A DNA stretch of 64,000 bases from Candidatus Dormiibacterota bacterium (GTDB lineage: Bacteria > Chloroflexota > Dormibacteria > Aeolococcales > Aeolococcaceae). This document shows positions 38,883-48,323 of this stretch, one piece after another. Positions within the stretch are counted from its first letter, which is position 1, and each line of letters begins with the position of its first letter. The stretch spans positions 1,551,253-1,615,252 of the forward strand of contig OY970307.1 in assembly GCA_963716365.1 (NCBI GenBank), written 5' to 3'. The notes below the pieces were generated by a model that was not told the DNA's origin, did no database searches, and saw nothing but the letters and a program-made list of their open reading frames with translations. The position numbers were made by a program, and so were the translations under genes.

Positions 38883-39420
38883 TGCTCACCTCACGGATCG
38901 ACGACAGCGTTCTGCGGAGTGACTCGCGAGCTCGCGCGAGTAATTGCCTGGCCGCGGGCTCGCTAATGCCCAACGCGCTCGCCACGTCGAGGTTCGTCAG
39001 GTCGCTCCCGTAGCGAAGCGAGACAGCTGCTCGCTGCCTCCTGGGCAGACGCGTGAGAGCTCGGTCCAATTCATCGCTGCGATCCGCGACGTCGCGCGAA
39101 CTGCTCGACGCTTGCCAGAAAGCCGGGACCACCAGCCATCGGCGGTGCGGACGGCGAGCCTCGTGATAGGCGATGGCGATAAACCATGGTGTGAACGCGC
39201 CGTGCCGCTGGGCGCGATGTCGCCACGAGCGGATCGAAGCATCCTGGAGGACATCTGCCACCTCATCCTCAGACAGCCCCATGGCCCGAAGGGCGCGATA
39301 TGCGGGTCGCATCGCAGCCAGGAGGTCTTCCGCGAAGGCATCCTCATCGTCGGCCGCGAGCTCCTCTCTAGGCGCGACCACACGCCCCACAGCATTCAGT
39401 TCTCGATCGTCCATGGCCAT
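38872..39420 (-). CDS. ECF (sigma-70 family, group 4) RNA polymerase sigma factor
   Basis: Region 2 (DLLAAMRPAYRALRAMGLSEDEVADVLQDASIRSWRH) and region 4 HTH (LPRRQRAAVSLRYGSDLTNLDVASALGISEPAARQLLARAR). ATG 39420. Confidence 0.8.
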   Translation of the reverse strand: MAMDDRELNAVGRVVAPREELAADDEDAFAEDLLAAMRPAYRALRAMGLSEDEVADVLQDASIRSWRHRAQRHGAFTPWFIAIAYHEARRPHRRWLVVPAFWQASSSSRDVADRSDELDRALTRLPRRQRAAVSLRYGSDLTNLDVASALGISEPAARQLLARARESLRRTLSSIREVSNEP

Positions 39421-39603
39421 CGCTGCAAGTAAGACCGCGGAAGTGGTGCGAAAGGTAACGCTCGGCGAAATTGTTGACTGTCGACGGTAATCGTTGGTCA
39501 AGGAATCTTTGTCCGTGCGCGATAGGGGGACGCACGCCTCGGTGGCGTATGTAGTACTGGGATGCGCGCTTCATTCGTGGCTATCAACAACGACGGGAGG
39601 GTC

Positions 39604-40143
39604 ATGACGACCGGTAGCGGCACTGGTCCGATCGGGCTGTCTGCTGCTGACCTCGATGACGTCTACAGGACCGAGATCCGCCGGCTCATCGGGCTCGGAA
39701 CAGTCCTCATGGGCAGCCGCTCCGCGGGGGAGGATCTTGCCCACGATGCCTTCCTGCTGGTGTTGCGCCGCGCTCAGCGCGACCCCGGCTACCTCCGATC
39801 GCCGGCATGGCCGTTGTTGCGAACCATGCTCGTCCGACTCTCGGTGCAGCGCCGCCGCTCGATCGCGCGAGAGGGCCGGCGCCTTGCTCGGTTCTGGGAG
39901 CCTGCGGTCACCGAATTCTGGGACCCCGACGCCGATCTCATCGACTGGCAGGCCACCCTCCGTACGCTCCCGCCACGGATGCGAGCGTGTGCGGTGCTCT
40001 TCTACGGAGAGGACCTGAGCGTCGCGGACGTTGCGCGCGAGCTCGGCTGCTCGCCGCGGACCGTCGAGCATCAACTGCATCGCGCGCGCCAGAAACTCGC
40101 CGCCACGCTCGGGATCAGCCGGAATGAGGAAGCGGGGCAATGA
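39604..40143 (+). CDS. ECF (sigma-70 family, group 4) RNA polymerase sigma factor
   Basis: Region 2 (EDLAHDAFLLVLRR) and region 4 (LPPRMRACAVLFYGEDLSVADVARELGCSPRTVEHQLHRARQKL). Its stop overlaps the next gene start (ATGA). Confidence 0.8.
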   Translation: MTTGSGTGPIGLSAADLDDVYRTEIRRLIGLGTVLMGSRSAGEDLAHDAFLLVLRRAQRDPGYLRSPAWPLLRTMLVRLSVQRRRSIAREGRRLARFWEPAVTEFWDPDADLIDWQATLRTLPPRMRACAVLFYGEDLSVADVARELGCSPRTVEHQLHRARQKLAATLGISRNEEAGQ

Positions 40144-41507
40144 ACACAACCGACAACTTCGACGCGTATGCCCGATCGATGACTCACAGGCTGCTGAAAG
40201 CCGCCGAGTCCGATCCAGCGAAGTCGCTGGACGAGCGCTCCACCACCGTCCCACGAACTGTGGCGATGCTCGTCGCGACTCTCGTGCTGGTCGCCGGGCT
40301 GATTCTCGTCGGAACCTCGGTGCTCCATATCCAGTGGTCGCATGGCCCCGTGAAGGTCGCGACGCCGCCTCCGGTGATCACCCAGGCTCCGACGGCTACC
40401 CCGACCACGACACCCTCTCCAACAGCCGCGCCGACGAGTGTCATCGCCAACGTCCACATGATCACCGCGACGGTTGGATGGGCGCAACGACAGTCCGACG
40501 GAGCGGTCCTCCATACGACGCACGGCGTGATGACGTGGTCCGTCGCGACGCCGCGCATCGGCAGTCAGGACATCATCGCCGTCGCATTTATCGATGCGGA
40601 GACCGCCCGCGCTCTCACCGCGGTTATCCCGCCGGATGGTGAATCTGCGTCGGCGGTGATTCGGTCCTGGGCCACCAACGACGGCGGTGCGACCTGGATC
40701 GACGAAGGAGGTTTCTCCGGCACCGCGCTGCAATACGAACCCGATGGAACGCTCGACTTCGTCGATCCGGACCACGGTTGGTACTCGGTGACGGGGCTCG
40801 CTGCTGCGGGCTCGTCAGCGATCTACGTCTACCGAACCGTGGACGGGGGCCGCCATTGGTCCGAAGTCGACACCACGAGCATCGTTCCCGGTCCCGGAGT
40901 CAACGCGCTCCCGTCGGGCTGTGACAAGAACCCTGTCTCGTTCATCAACACGGTCACCGGCTGGGATACAGGGGAGTGCGCCGGCGGGTCGGCCTTCCTG
41001 TATGTCACACATGACGGCGGCACGGTCTGGCGCGCTCAGTCCTTGGGAAACACGCGATCGGACGGCGGAAACGCAATACAGCCGCCGCAGTTCGTCAGCG
41101 GGAGTGTCGGGTTCATGGTCGAGTCCGTTTACCAGCAGGCTGGTGTTCGGACAACGGTGGACGTCACCACCAACGACGGCGCGACCTGGACTCCCAGGAC
41201 GGCCCCAGGTCTCTACGCGGATGCGTCCGATTTCATCAACGCAGCGGACGGATGGCTGCTCATGAGCGACCCGGAGAGTGCAACCGTGACTGAGAGCCTG
41301 TTGGTGACCAGCAACGCCGGGCGAACATGGGCGCGCGTCCCGACGACCGCGAATCTGGCCGGCCTCAGCATCGAGTTCGTGACAACAAAAATCGGCTGGG
41401 CCTACACAACAATTCCAGAGGGATCGGGAGCGACACAGGGATTGCTGCAGACAACCGACGGCGGGCAGAGCTGGACCGCTGTCACGGCCACGATCGCGGG
41501 GGCGTGA
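40140..41507 (+). CDS. anti-sigma factor with one TM and an extracytoplasmic BNR/Ycf48-like (SxDxGxTW repeat) beta-propeller domain
   Basis: TM MLVATLVLVAGLILVGTSVL, a Pro/Thr linker, then repeats TNDGGATW, TVDGGRHWS, THDGGTVW, TNDGATWT, SNAGRTWA, TTDGGQSWT. Confidence 0.65.
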   Translation: MNTTDNFDAYARSMTHRLLKAAESDPAKSLDERSTTVPRTVAMLVATLVLVAGLILVGTSVLHIQWSHGPVKVATPPPVITQAPTATPTTTPSPTAAPTSVIANVHMITATVGWAQRQSDGAVLHTTHGVMTWSVATPRIGSQDIIAVAFIDAETARALTAVIPPDGESASAVIRSWATNDGGATWIDEGGFSGTALQYEPDGTLDFVDPDHGWYSVTGLAAAGSSAIYVYRTVDGGRHWSEVDTTSIVPGPGVNALPSGCDKNPVSFINTVTGWDTGECAGGSAFLYVTHDGGTVWRAQSLGNTRSDGGNAIQPPQFVSGSVGFMVESVYQQAGVRTTVDVTTNDGATWTPRTAPGLYADASDFINAADGWLLMSDPESATVTESLLVTSNAGRTWARVPTTANLAGLSIEFVTTKIGWAYTTIPEGSGATQGLLQTTDGGQSWTAVTATIAGA

Positions 41508-41518
41508 CCACCTCGCAG

Positions 41519-44032
41519 CTACTCCGAGCCGGCAGAAATCGCCTCCACAACCGCGTGGACACCGTTGGAACCTTCGGCCTCACGCACCTGCGCCAGGTAC
41601 TCGTCGACAAGCTCACGCCCGCGCTGCGGATCGGCAACACTCGCGACCACGTGATACGCGGGCTCGTCGGGATCCGGCCGCACCAGCACGAATCCCCCGT
41701 CGACGTACACCTTGATCCCATCGACAAGGTCGACCGAGTCGGTCCGGTGCCGGTCGAGCAGGATGCGCATGACGCGGCCCTTCACCTCCCACGGGCAGAA
41801 CTCCGTCGCGGTGACATACGCAAGGTGCGGCAGCGCAGCGCGCGCCTCACTCAACGGAACCCCAACCAGCGCTCGCAACTCGAGCAACTTCACCAGCGTG
41901 TACATGGCGTCGAAGGCACCGAGGTGTCCCGGCCACACGAAGCCACCATCGCCGTCGGACGCAAGGATCGTGCCGGCATTGGCGGACGCGCGCAGCACTG
42001 ACGCCGGGTCACCCGCTGTCGAGGCGAACGTCCCCCCGCCCTGGCTCACCACGTCGCTGATCCACATCGGCGTGGCCGCAGGCGCGAGCACCGTCCCCGC
42101 ACCGGAACGCAACAACCAGGACGCGAGAATGCCGAAGCTCTCGTGCACATCCATCACCACGCCGGTGTCGTCGATGAGCGTGATCCGCTCCCCCGTCGGG
42201 CTGATCATGCAGCCGATGTCAGCACGAACCGTCTTGCTGATGAGCGCGGTCTCGTCGGGCACGGTGCGGTGGTGCGCACCCTCGCGCAGCCCCGCGTTGA
42301 GCGGGATGGTCGTCACCCCGAGCCGATTGAGGATGCCCGGCAGCACCTCCGACGCATCGCTGTAGTCGTAGTCGATGAGCACCCGGAAGCCCGCATTGCG
42401 AATGAGGTCGGCGTTCACACTCTTCAACAGATGCGCGGAGTACGCGGCAATCGGCTCGCTGTACTCGATGTCGCCCATCTCGTAGAACGCAGCCCGCCGG
42501 AAGTCCTCGCGGAACAGCAGGTTCTCGAGCTTGCGCTCATCGCGCTTGTCGATCTGCAGCCCCTCGGTGTCGAAGAAACGGATGTCGGCGCTGCGCTGAT
42601 CGAGCGGTGACACGAGCACGTGAATCCCCGCTGCGCAATCGGCGTCGAGCGTTGCGAACTGCGTCACCGCGACCGGCAACTCGCGAACGTCGCGAGCCTT
42701 GCCACCGGCACTGACGATGCCGGAGACGATCGCGCGCTTGATCATTCGCGACGAGCGCGCATGGTCCCGTCCGACCACGACGCACGCGCCCTTCGGCAAC
42801 GTCGCGCCGAACGCGGCGCCAAGTCTGGCGCAGAACTCCGGCGTCAGCTCGACGTTGATGAGGCCGCCGAGCCCGTACGACGAGAACAGTCCCTGACGCC
42901 ACTCGCCAGCCCAGATGATCGACTCGTTGACCGTCGACCCCGGCTCCACGCTCTTGCTCGGCCAGACCTTGACGCCGGCGCGGATCTGCGTCCCCTTGCC
43001 GAGCACGCACTCGTCGGCGACCACCGAGTTCTCCTCGAGCAGGCAGTCGTTCTTGATGGTGACGTTGCGGCAGACGATCGCCTGACGCAACCTCGCGCGC
43101 TCGCCGATGTACGAGTGCGTCCAGACGATGCTGTTGCTGATCTTCGTGTTGTCGTCGACAACGCTGTACTTGTCGATGACAGCGTGCTCATTGAGGATCG
43201 CGCCTGCCTTGAGCTTCACCTCGTCACCGATGAAGGCTGGTCCGTCGAGCTGCACGCCGATGCCGATCTCGACGCCCTCCCCCATCCAGACGTTGCCCTC
43301 GCGGCGCCCCGGGATGTGGCAGCGCACCTTGCCGTCGAGCGCATCCCAGTTGGCCTGCAGGTACGACTGGATCGAGCCGATGTCCGTCCAGTAGTCGTCC
43401 ACGACGATGCCGTGGAGCGGCTCGTGGCGGCGCAGCATGGTCGGGAACACGTCCTGCGACCAGTCGGCGTTGGTGTCGGCCTTGATGTGGTCGAGCACCT
43501 TCGGCTCGATGACATAGATGCCGGTGTTGGCGTGGTCACTGAAGACCTCGCCCCATGACGGCTTCTCGAGGAAGCGCTTGATGTTGCCCTCGTCGTCGGT
43601 GACGACGACCCCGTACTCGAGTGGATTCGGCACCGAGTGCAGCACGATCGTCGCGTGCGAACCGCGGTCCTTGTGCGCGGTCATCACCTTCGTCAGGTCG
43701 ATGTCCGTGAGCGCGTCGCCGCTGATGACGAGAAACGTGTCGTCGAGCAGGTGCGCCGCGTTGCGCACGCTTCCCGCGGTGCCGAGCGGCCGGTCCTCGA
43801 CGACGTACTCGATCTCCATGTCGAGGTCGGAACCGTCACCGAGGCGGTTGCGAATTTCCGCACCGAGATAGGCCAGCGTGACCACCACCTGGGTGATGCC
43901 GTGCTCGCGCAGCAGGCGAAGGATGTGCTCGAGAACGGGCGTGCCCAGCACGGGTACGAGTGGCTTGGGCATGCGGCTGGTGAGCGGGCGCAGACGCGCG
44001 CCTTCGCCTCCTGCCATGACCACTGCCTTCAC
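41519..44032 (-). CDS. bifunctional sugar-1-phosphate nucleotidylyltransferase (mannose-1-phosphate guanylyltransferase-like, with a left-handed beta-helix) fused to a phosphoglucomutase/phosphomannomutase-family domain
   Basis: The N-terminus has [13 protein letters not shown] (the GxGxRL NTP-transferase motif), then hexapeptide repeats. The C-terminal roughly 450 aa have the four-domain PGM/PMM architecture. The canonical TASHNP phosphoserine loop is not evident ([11 protein letters not shown]). Confidence 0.8.
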   Translation of the reverse strand: MKAVVMAGGEGARLRPLTSRMPKPLVPVLGTPVLEHILRLLREHGITQVVVTLAYLGAEIRNRLGDGSDLDMEIEYVVEDRPLGTAGSVRNAAHLLDDTFLVISGDALTDIDLTKVMTAHKDRGSHATIVLHSVPNPLEYGVVVTDDEGNIKRFLEKPSWGEVFSDHANTGIYVIEPKVLDHIKADTNADWSQDVFPTMLRRHEPLHGIVVDDYWTDIGSIQSYLQANWDALDGKVRCHIPGRREGNVWMGEGVEIGIGVQLDGPAFIGDEVKLKAGAILNEHAVIDKYSVVDDNTKISNSIVWTHSYIGERARLRQAIVCRNVTIKNDCLLEENSVVADECVLGKGTQIRAGVKVWPSKSVEPGSTVNESIIWAGEWRQGLFSSYGLGGLINVELTPEFCARLGAAFGATLPKGACVVVGRDHARSSRMIKRAIVSGIVSAGGKARDVRELPVAVTQFATLDADCAAGIHVLVSPLDQRSADIRFFDTEGLQIDKRDERKLENLLFREDFRRAAFYEMGDIEYSEPIAAYSAHLLKSVNADLIRNAGFRVLIDYDYSDASEVLPGILNRLGVTTIPLNAGLREGAHHRTVPDETALISKTVRADIGCMISPTGERITLIDDTGVVMDVHESFGILASWLLRSGAGTVLAPAATPMWISDVVSQGGGTFASTAGDPASVLRASANAGTILASDGDGGFVWPGHLGAFDAMYTLVKLLELRALVGVPLSEARAALPHLAYVTATEFCPWEVKGRVMRILLDRHRTDSVDLVDGIKVYVDGGFVLVRPDPDEPAYHVVASVADPQRGRELVDEYLAQVREAEGSNGVHAVVEAISAGSE

Positions 44033-44090
44033 TCGGCCACCTCCTCGGGCACCGGTCTGATGGTCAGATCATATGGCGCAAGGCCGAATT

Positions 44091-45392
44091 TCACGTGGGC
44101 GGCGCGGATCCGGCCGTCGGCGGCACCACGCGTTGGTGCAGGGACATGAAGCGAAGACGCTCGAGCAGGCCCGCGATCACAAGCGGCCACGCGAAGTCCG
44201 CCGCATCACGGCGCGCCGCAACACGAAGGCGTTCGCCGAGCGCCGGTTGCTCCACGAGGCCACGAAGCGCGCTCGCCATCTCCGCCGGGTCGTCGGTCTC
44301 CACCACGATCGCGTTGCCATACGGGCGGGCATACTCCTCGCCCGTCGCACCCACCATGGCGATCCCGCCGGCCGCCATCGCCTCGAGACCAACCAGGCCG
44401 AACGGCTCGTGCCCCGAGTTGGCGAGAACGGCAGTCGCGGCAACGTTGATCTCTGTGATGACCTGGTCGGGCAGAAACCGGCGCAGGTGCACGATCGGCG
44501 CGCCGTCGGTTTCCGTCAGTGCGCGCACGATGCCGCCCGCATCCTCCACCGGCTCGTGCCAGTCGGTCACCGCGAGCCCGCACTTCGCGGCAAACGAGAG
44601 CACGGTGCCGCCATACGGCTCCATCCCGCCACGGATGAGCATCCGCGCCGGCAATCCCTCGACGCGCACCTCGGCGATGGCGGCGATCGCCTGCGTCCAG
44701 CGTTTGTCGGGGCTGAAGCGGCCGATCTTGAACGCCAGGCACGGTGTTCCCGCCGCCGCCCGGATCGCCTTCGCTGCCGACATGTCGACCGGTGCGAGCG
44801 CTCCCTCCGGGATCCCGTTGGGGATGACCACCGGGTTGACGTCATACGGCCACATCAGATGCTTCATGTACTTGCTGACTGTCGTGATCGCCGCGACGAA
44901 GTCGAGGATCGGCCAGTCGATCGCGCCAAAACCGAAGGTGTTGTTGGCGTTCCAGAGCAGGACTGCGTGCTTGCGCAGGTCGAACTCATACAGGCGATCG
45001 CTCAGGGACTTGCAGAACCACGCGGTGTGCCACTCCTCGCAGAGCACCGCGACAGTGCGGCCGGCCTCCGCGGCCGGACGGACGATCTCGTCGATCAGCT
45101 TGTCGGGTAGCGTCGCTGTGAGATCGCGGATCTTCGCCAGCTCACCTTCGTAGACGCCGTTGCGATAGCGAGCACTGATCTGCTGACACCAGCGCACCAG
45201 CTGGACGCCCTGGTCCATCTCCATGCCCGGCTTGTCGGGATCGCCGACGAAGACGAGCGTGGTGCGAAAGCCGAGCGCGGCAAAGGCGCGGCACATCTCA
45301 CGAGCGCGCACACCAAGGCCGCCGGCCTGGCTGTACTGGTCGGGTCCTTCGAAGGACACCATGACGACGTCGAGGGTTTCAGGCGTGAACAT
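44091..45392 (-). CDS. glycosyltransferase family 4 (GT-B, retaining; PimA/sucrose-phosphate-synthase-like)
   Basis: 433 aa with a GT4 C-terminal domain and the E-x7-E region (SGHEPFGLVGLEAMAAG). Confidence 0.8.
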   Translation of the reverse strand: MFTPETLDVVMVSFEGPDQYSQAGGLGVRAREMCRAFAALGFRTTLVFVGDPDKPGMEMDQGVQLVRWCQQISARYRNGVYEGELAKIRDLTATLPDKLIDEIVRPAAEAGRTVAVLCEEWHTAWFCKSLSDRLYEFDLRKHAVLLWNANNTFGFGAIDWPILDFVAAITTVSKYMKHLMWPYDVNPVVIPNGIPEGALAPVDMSAAKAIRAAAGTPCLAFKIGRFSPDKRWTQAIAAIAEVRVEGLPARMLIRGGMEPYGGTVLSFAAKCGLAVTDWHEPVEDAGGIVRALTETDGAPIVHLRRFLPDQVITEINVAATAVLANSGHEPFGLVGLEAMAAGGIAMVGATGEEYARPYGNAIVVETDDPAEMASALRGLVEQPALGERLRVAARRDAADFAWPLVIAGLLERLRFMSLHQRVVPPTAGSAPPT

Positions 45393-45486
45393 TGCGGCAC
45401 AGTGTGCGAAACCGGCATATGGAGGTGCCGGTGTCGCGTTGTCGGCCCTCCCACTCCCTCATCGGGGCGTCGGTGCGACCACGGAC

Positions 45487-45502
45487 CGGGGGCCGAAGCC
45501 CC
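45487..45502 (-). terminator. GC hairpin GGGGGC-cgaa-GCCCCC downstream of the amidohydrolase operon (candidate terminator, no U-tract)
   Basis: A perfect 6-bp GC stem with a tetraloop in the 240-nt gap between the 45635 gene and GT4. Coordinates are +/-1. Confidence 0.25.
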
Positions 45503-45634
45503 CAATCCTGGTCACAAAAGAGGCGAAGGACCGGCTGGCGGGCGCCGGTGACTCCGCCCGAATGAAGTGTGCCAAACGCTCTGAACGTAGCCTCCGATGC
45601 TGGGACACAGACGTGTAACGGGAGGGGCACGGTG

Positions 45635-46465
45635 TCACAGACCAAACAGCCGCACGGCGTTCTCGCCCATCACGAGGTCGCGCTCGGCGACCGTGAGCTC
45701 AGCCTGCGCGAACGCGTCGATGTAGCGTTGCGCCGGCAGCAGCGGATGGTCAGACCCGAAGAGCAGCCGATCCGCGCCGCAGAGATCGGCCACCGCGCGA
45801 TATGCCGTCGGCGCGTAGAGGAACGGCCCGGCGGCCGTGTCGAACCAGAGGCGGCGGCAAAGTGCTGCCACCTCGGGCATGTGCGCGTAGAACGGGAGTC
45901 CCCCGCCGAGATGGGCACACACCAGGCGCAGGTCAGGGTTGCGCAACGCGAATCCGGCGACGTGCCCGGGCGTGGCAGTCCCCTTGCCCGGATACTCGTG
46001 ACCCACCGGCTCGCTGCAGTGCAACACCATCGGAATCCCGAGGTCGACGCACGTTTGCGCCACCGAATCGATGCCGTCGCTATCGAGGTCGAATCCCTGG
46101 GCGTCGGCGTTGAGCTCGCCGACGCCGCGCAGCCCCTCGCCGGCGCACCGACGCAGCTCCTCTACCGCCCCGGGCCGCGCCGGGCTCACCGTCGCGAAAC
46201 ACGTGAGCCGGTCGGCATGGGCCTGCTGCACCGCGATCAGATGCTCGTTCACCTCCGCGCAATGCGCTGGATCCGCGAATGGCCATCCGAAGCACACGGA
46301 GCGGTCGATTCCCGTGGCGTCCATGGTCGCCAGCAGCTCCTGGGCCGTCAGGATCACCCGCCCGCCGCGATGGCAGAGGTCGAACCATGCATCGGCATTC
46401 GCAAGCTCGTCGCGCGCGTCGCGCATGCTCGCCGGAAGGATGTGCACGTGGCTGTCGACGATCAC
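45635..46465 (-). CDS. amidohydrolase-2 family (TIM-barrel metal-dependent hydrolase)
   Basis: GTG 46465 is preceded by GGGAGG. The protein has the DSHVHI metal-binding start and internal His/Asp ligands (HCSEP, CAHLGGG, GSDHP). The 469-aa ORF-track version is an N-terminal over-extension. Confidence 0.7.
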   Translation of the reverse strand: MIVDSHVHILPASMRDARDELANADAWFDLCHRGGRVILTAQELLATMDATGIDRSVCFGWPFADPAHCAEVNEHLIAVQQAHADRLTCFATVSPARPGAVEELRRCAGEGLRGVGELNADAQGFDLDSDGIDSVAQTCVDLGIPMVLHCSEPVGHEYPGKGTATPGHVAGFALRNPDLRLVCAHLGGGLPFYAHMPEVAALCRRLWFDTAAGPFLYAPTAYRAVADLCGADRLLFGSDHPLLPAQRYIDAFAQAELTVAERDLVMGENAVRLFGL

Positions 46466-47571
46466 CCGAGCCACCTCCCCTGCGCGAAGATCCACGTTCC
46501 CGCGCACATCAAGACGCCGCTGGCGACCAGGATCGCCGGTCGAGCTCGCGCGAATCGTGCGGTGAGGTCCGCCACGAGGATCACCGCTGGGAAGAGGGCA
46601 AGGATGTAGCGCGGTTGCGAGCGCCAGAACGGCAGCGATGCAGTCATCAACCAGGCGATGGTGCAGTACAGCGCGAAGGATCGGGGGATCCGTGATGAGG
46701 CCCACATCCCGAAGCACAGCAACAGTCCGAGGAGCCCACAGGCCACTTCGCGCGCAAAGATCGACCGCGTCTCCCCATCGGAAGCACTGATCAGCGTGTG
46801 CCAGGTCGCGGCGAATCCGGTCCACGGCGGCGTCGGCTGGAGGCCGAAGGAGGGCGATCTGTCGGCATCCAGCAGGGCGCGCACGTCGCCGATGTGGACC
46901 TGCATGTAGAGGGAGTACAGCGCGAGCGGCAGCAGCAGCGCGAGCACGAGCAACAGATCCGGACGCGGGCGCCAACCGCTCCGGCGCAGCTGCTCGATGG
47001 CAAGCGCGGGGATGAGCGCGAGCCCCGTGAGCCGGAACGCGCACGCCAGCGCGCCGGCGACGATCGCCTTGCGCGACTGTCCGGCGCGCGCGTAGTACAG
47101 GCTCGCCGCTGCAGAGGCGATGAACGTGCTCTCACTGAACGGCGCGATGAGGAAGAGCGCGGTCGGCGCGAGTGCGACCAACCACATCGAGAACGTCGCC
47201 GATGCCTGGTCGCGCTCGGCGCGCACCAATCGAAAGAGATACCAGAGCCCCACCGTCTCCGCTACTGCGTTGACCAACCATGAAGCCGTGACATCGTCGC
47301 GGGTGATGAACGCGACCCCCTTCACGAGCAACGGAAACCCCGGCAGGAATGCGTCGATGTAACTGAGGTGCGCCGGATAGCCGTTGGCGGCGATCGACAG
47401 ATAGCTGACCGCGTCCCACGCCGCCAGGTGGTCGTGCAGGAAGGTGAACAGCGGCACTCCCGGGAAGTCGAGGACCAGCACGGCGACGAACACGACGAGC
47501 CAGAGCACCCGCGACACCAGGACCGCCGCCAGGGCAGTCCCCCACGGCGACGCTGAGGCCCGTGTGCTCAC
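46462..47571 (-). CDS. polytopic membrane protein, DUF2029/GT87-like putative mannosyltransferase
   Basis: 369 aa with about 9 TM segments and conserved loop residues resembling the PIG-V / GT87 / DUF2029 family. It has 4-nt overlaps with both neighbours. Confidence 0.5.
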   Translation of the reverse strand: MSTRASASPWGTALAAVLVSRVLWLVVFVAVLVLDFPGVPLFTFLHDHLAAWDAVSYLSIAANGYPAHLSYIDAFLPGFPLLVKGVAFITRDDVTASWLVNAVAETVGLWYLFRLVRAERDQASATFSMWLVALAPTALFLIAPFSESTFIASAAASLYYARAGQSRKAIVAGALACAFRLTGLALIPALAIEQLRRSGWRPRPDLLLVLALLLPLALYSLYMQVHIGDVRALLDADRSPSFGLQPTPPWTGFAATWHTLISASDGETRSIFAREVACGLLGLLLCFGMWASSRIPRSFALYCTIAWLMTASLPFWRSQPRYILALFPAVILVADLTARFARARPAILVASGVLMCAGTWIFAQGRWLG

Positions 47572-48323
47572 GCCGGCGGATCGAGCCCGTCGAGCAGATC
47601 GGGATGCGTGCGCAGTTGCCAGAGCTCGCGGAACGCGCGCACCACAACGCTCACGTTGGCGCCGGTCGCGCGGCCGGTCGTGCGCGGGTAGTGATGGACG
47701 CCGACATCCATGAGGCGGTATCCGCTTCGCCGCGCACGCACCAGGAGCTCGGTGCAGACGAGCGCCCCCTCGGAGTGCAAGCCCTGACCGACCGCTCGAG
47801 GAAACAGCTTGAACGCGCAGTTCACATCGCGCACCGTGGGCCCGAAGAGCAGACGGACGAGGCCGAAGAACGCGCTGTGATACGCACGGCGCAGGAACGT
47901 GTCGTTGCGCCGGATGCGGAAGCCGGACACCACCTTGTCGGGCGCGTACAGCGCGAGCAAACGCGAGATCTCGGTGGGATCGAACTGGCCGTCACTGTCC
48001 ATGTGGAACACCGCCTCGCACGTCGCGGCGTCGAACCCGGTGCGCAGGGCGGCACCGTAGCCGCGGTTGCGCGGGTGCGACACCACCCGCACTCGCCTGC
48101 CGGGCACCGCTGCACTCTCGGCGCGCGCCGCGGTGGCATCGCTGCTCCCGTCATCGATGACGAGGATCTCGAAGTCAGTGATGCCGAGCGCCGCGATGGC
48201 ATCGCCGGTTCGCTGGACGGTCTCGGCGATCACCGCCTCCTCGTTGAACGCGGGAAGCACCGCGCTGATCGAGGGTTGCGCGCGCGCAAGGGACTTGCGG
48301 CCGGGCACCTCAGCTTCTTCCAC
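47568..48323 (-). CDS. GT2 polyprenol-phosphate mannose (or glucose) synthase, DPM1/Ppm1-like
   Basis: SAVLPAFNEE, VIDDGSSD, the DxD motif (FHMDSDGQ) and DVNCAFKLF. The start is one of two GTGs (48308 or 48323). Confidence 0.75.
   Translation of the reverse strand: MEEAEVPGRKSLARAQPSISAVLPAFNEEAVIAETVQRTGDAIAALGITDFEILVIDDGSSDATAARAESAAVPGRRVRVVSHPRNRGYGAALRTGFDAATCEAVFHMDSDGQFDPTEISRLLALYAPDKVVSGFRIRRNDTFLRRAYHSAFFGLVRLLFGPTVRDVNCAFKLFPRAVGQGLHSEGALVCTELLVRARRSGYRLMDVGVHHYPRTTGRATGANVSVVVRAFRELWQLRTHPDLLDGLDPPA

Noticed and set aside
39421-39603. ECF-type promoter (GGAAC-N16/17-CGTT) in the divergent sigma-factor intergenic region
   Set aside because: GTAAC/GGAAT-like hexamers are present, but none has a correctly spaced CGT(C/T) -10 element that I could align with confidence.
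43900-45390. Apparent 1-nt coordinate inconsistency between the printed sequence and the ORF track
   Set aside because: Translating the printed sequence around 43918-43922 gives gcgaagatg, whereas the track proteins require gcgaaggatg. I treated this as a display or counting glitch, used the ORF-track coordinates, and did not call a frameshift.
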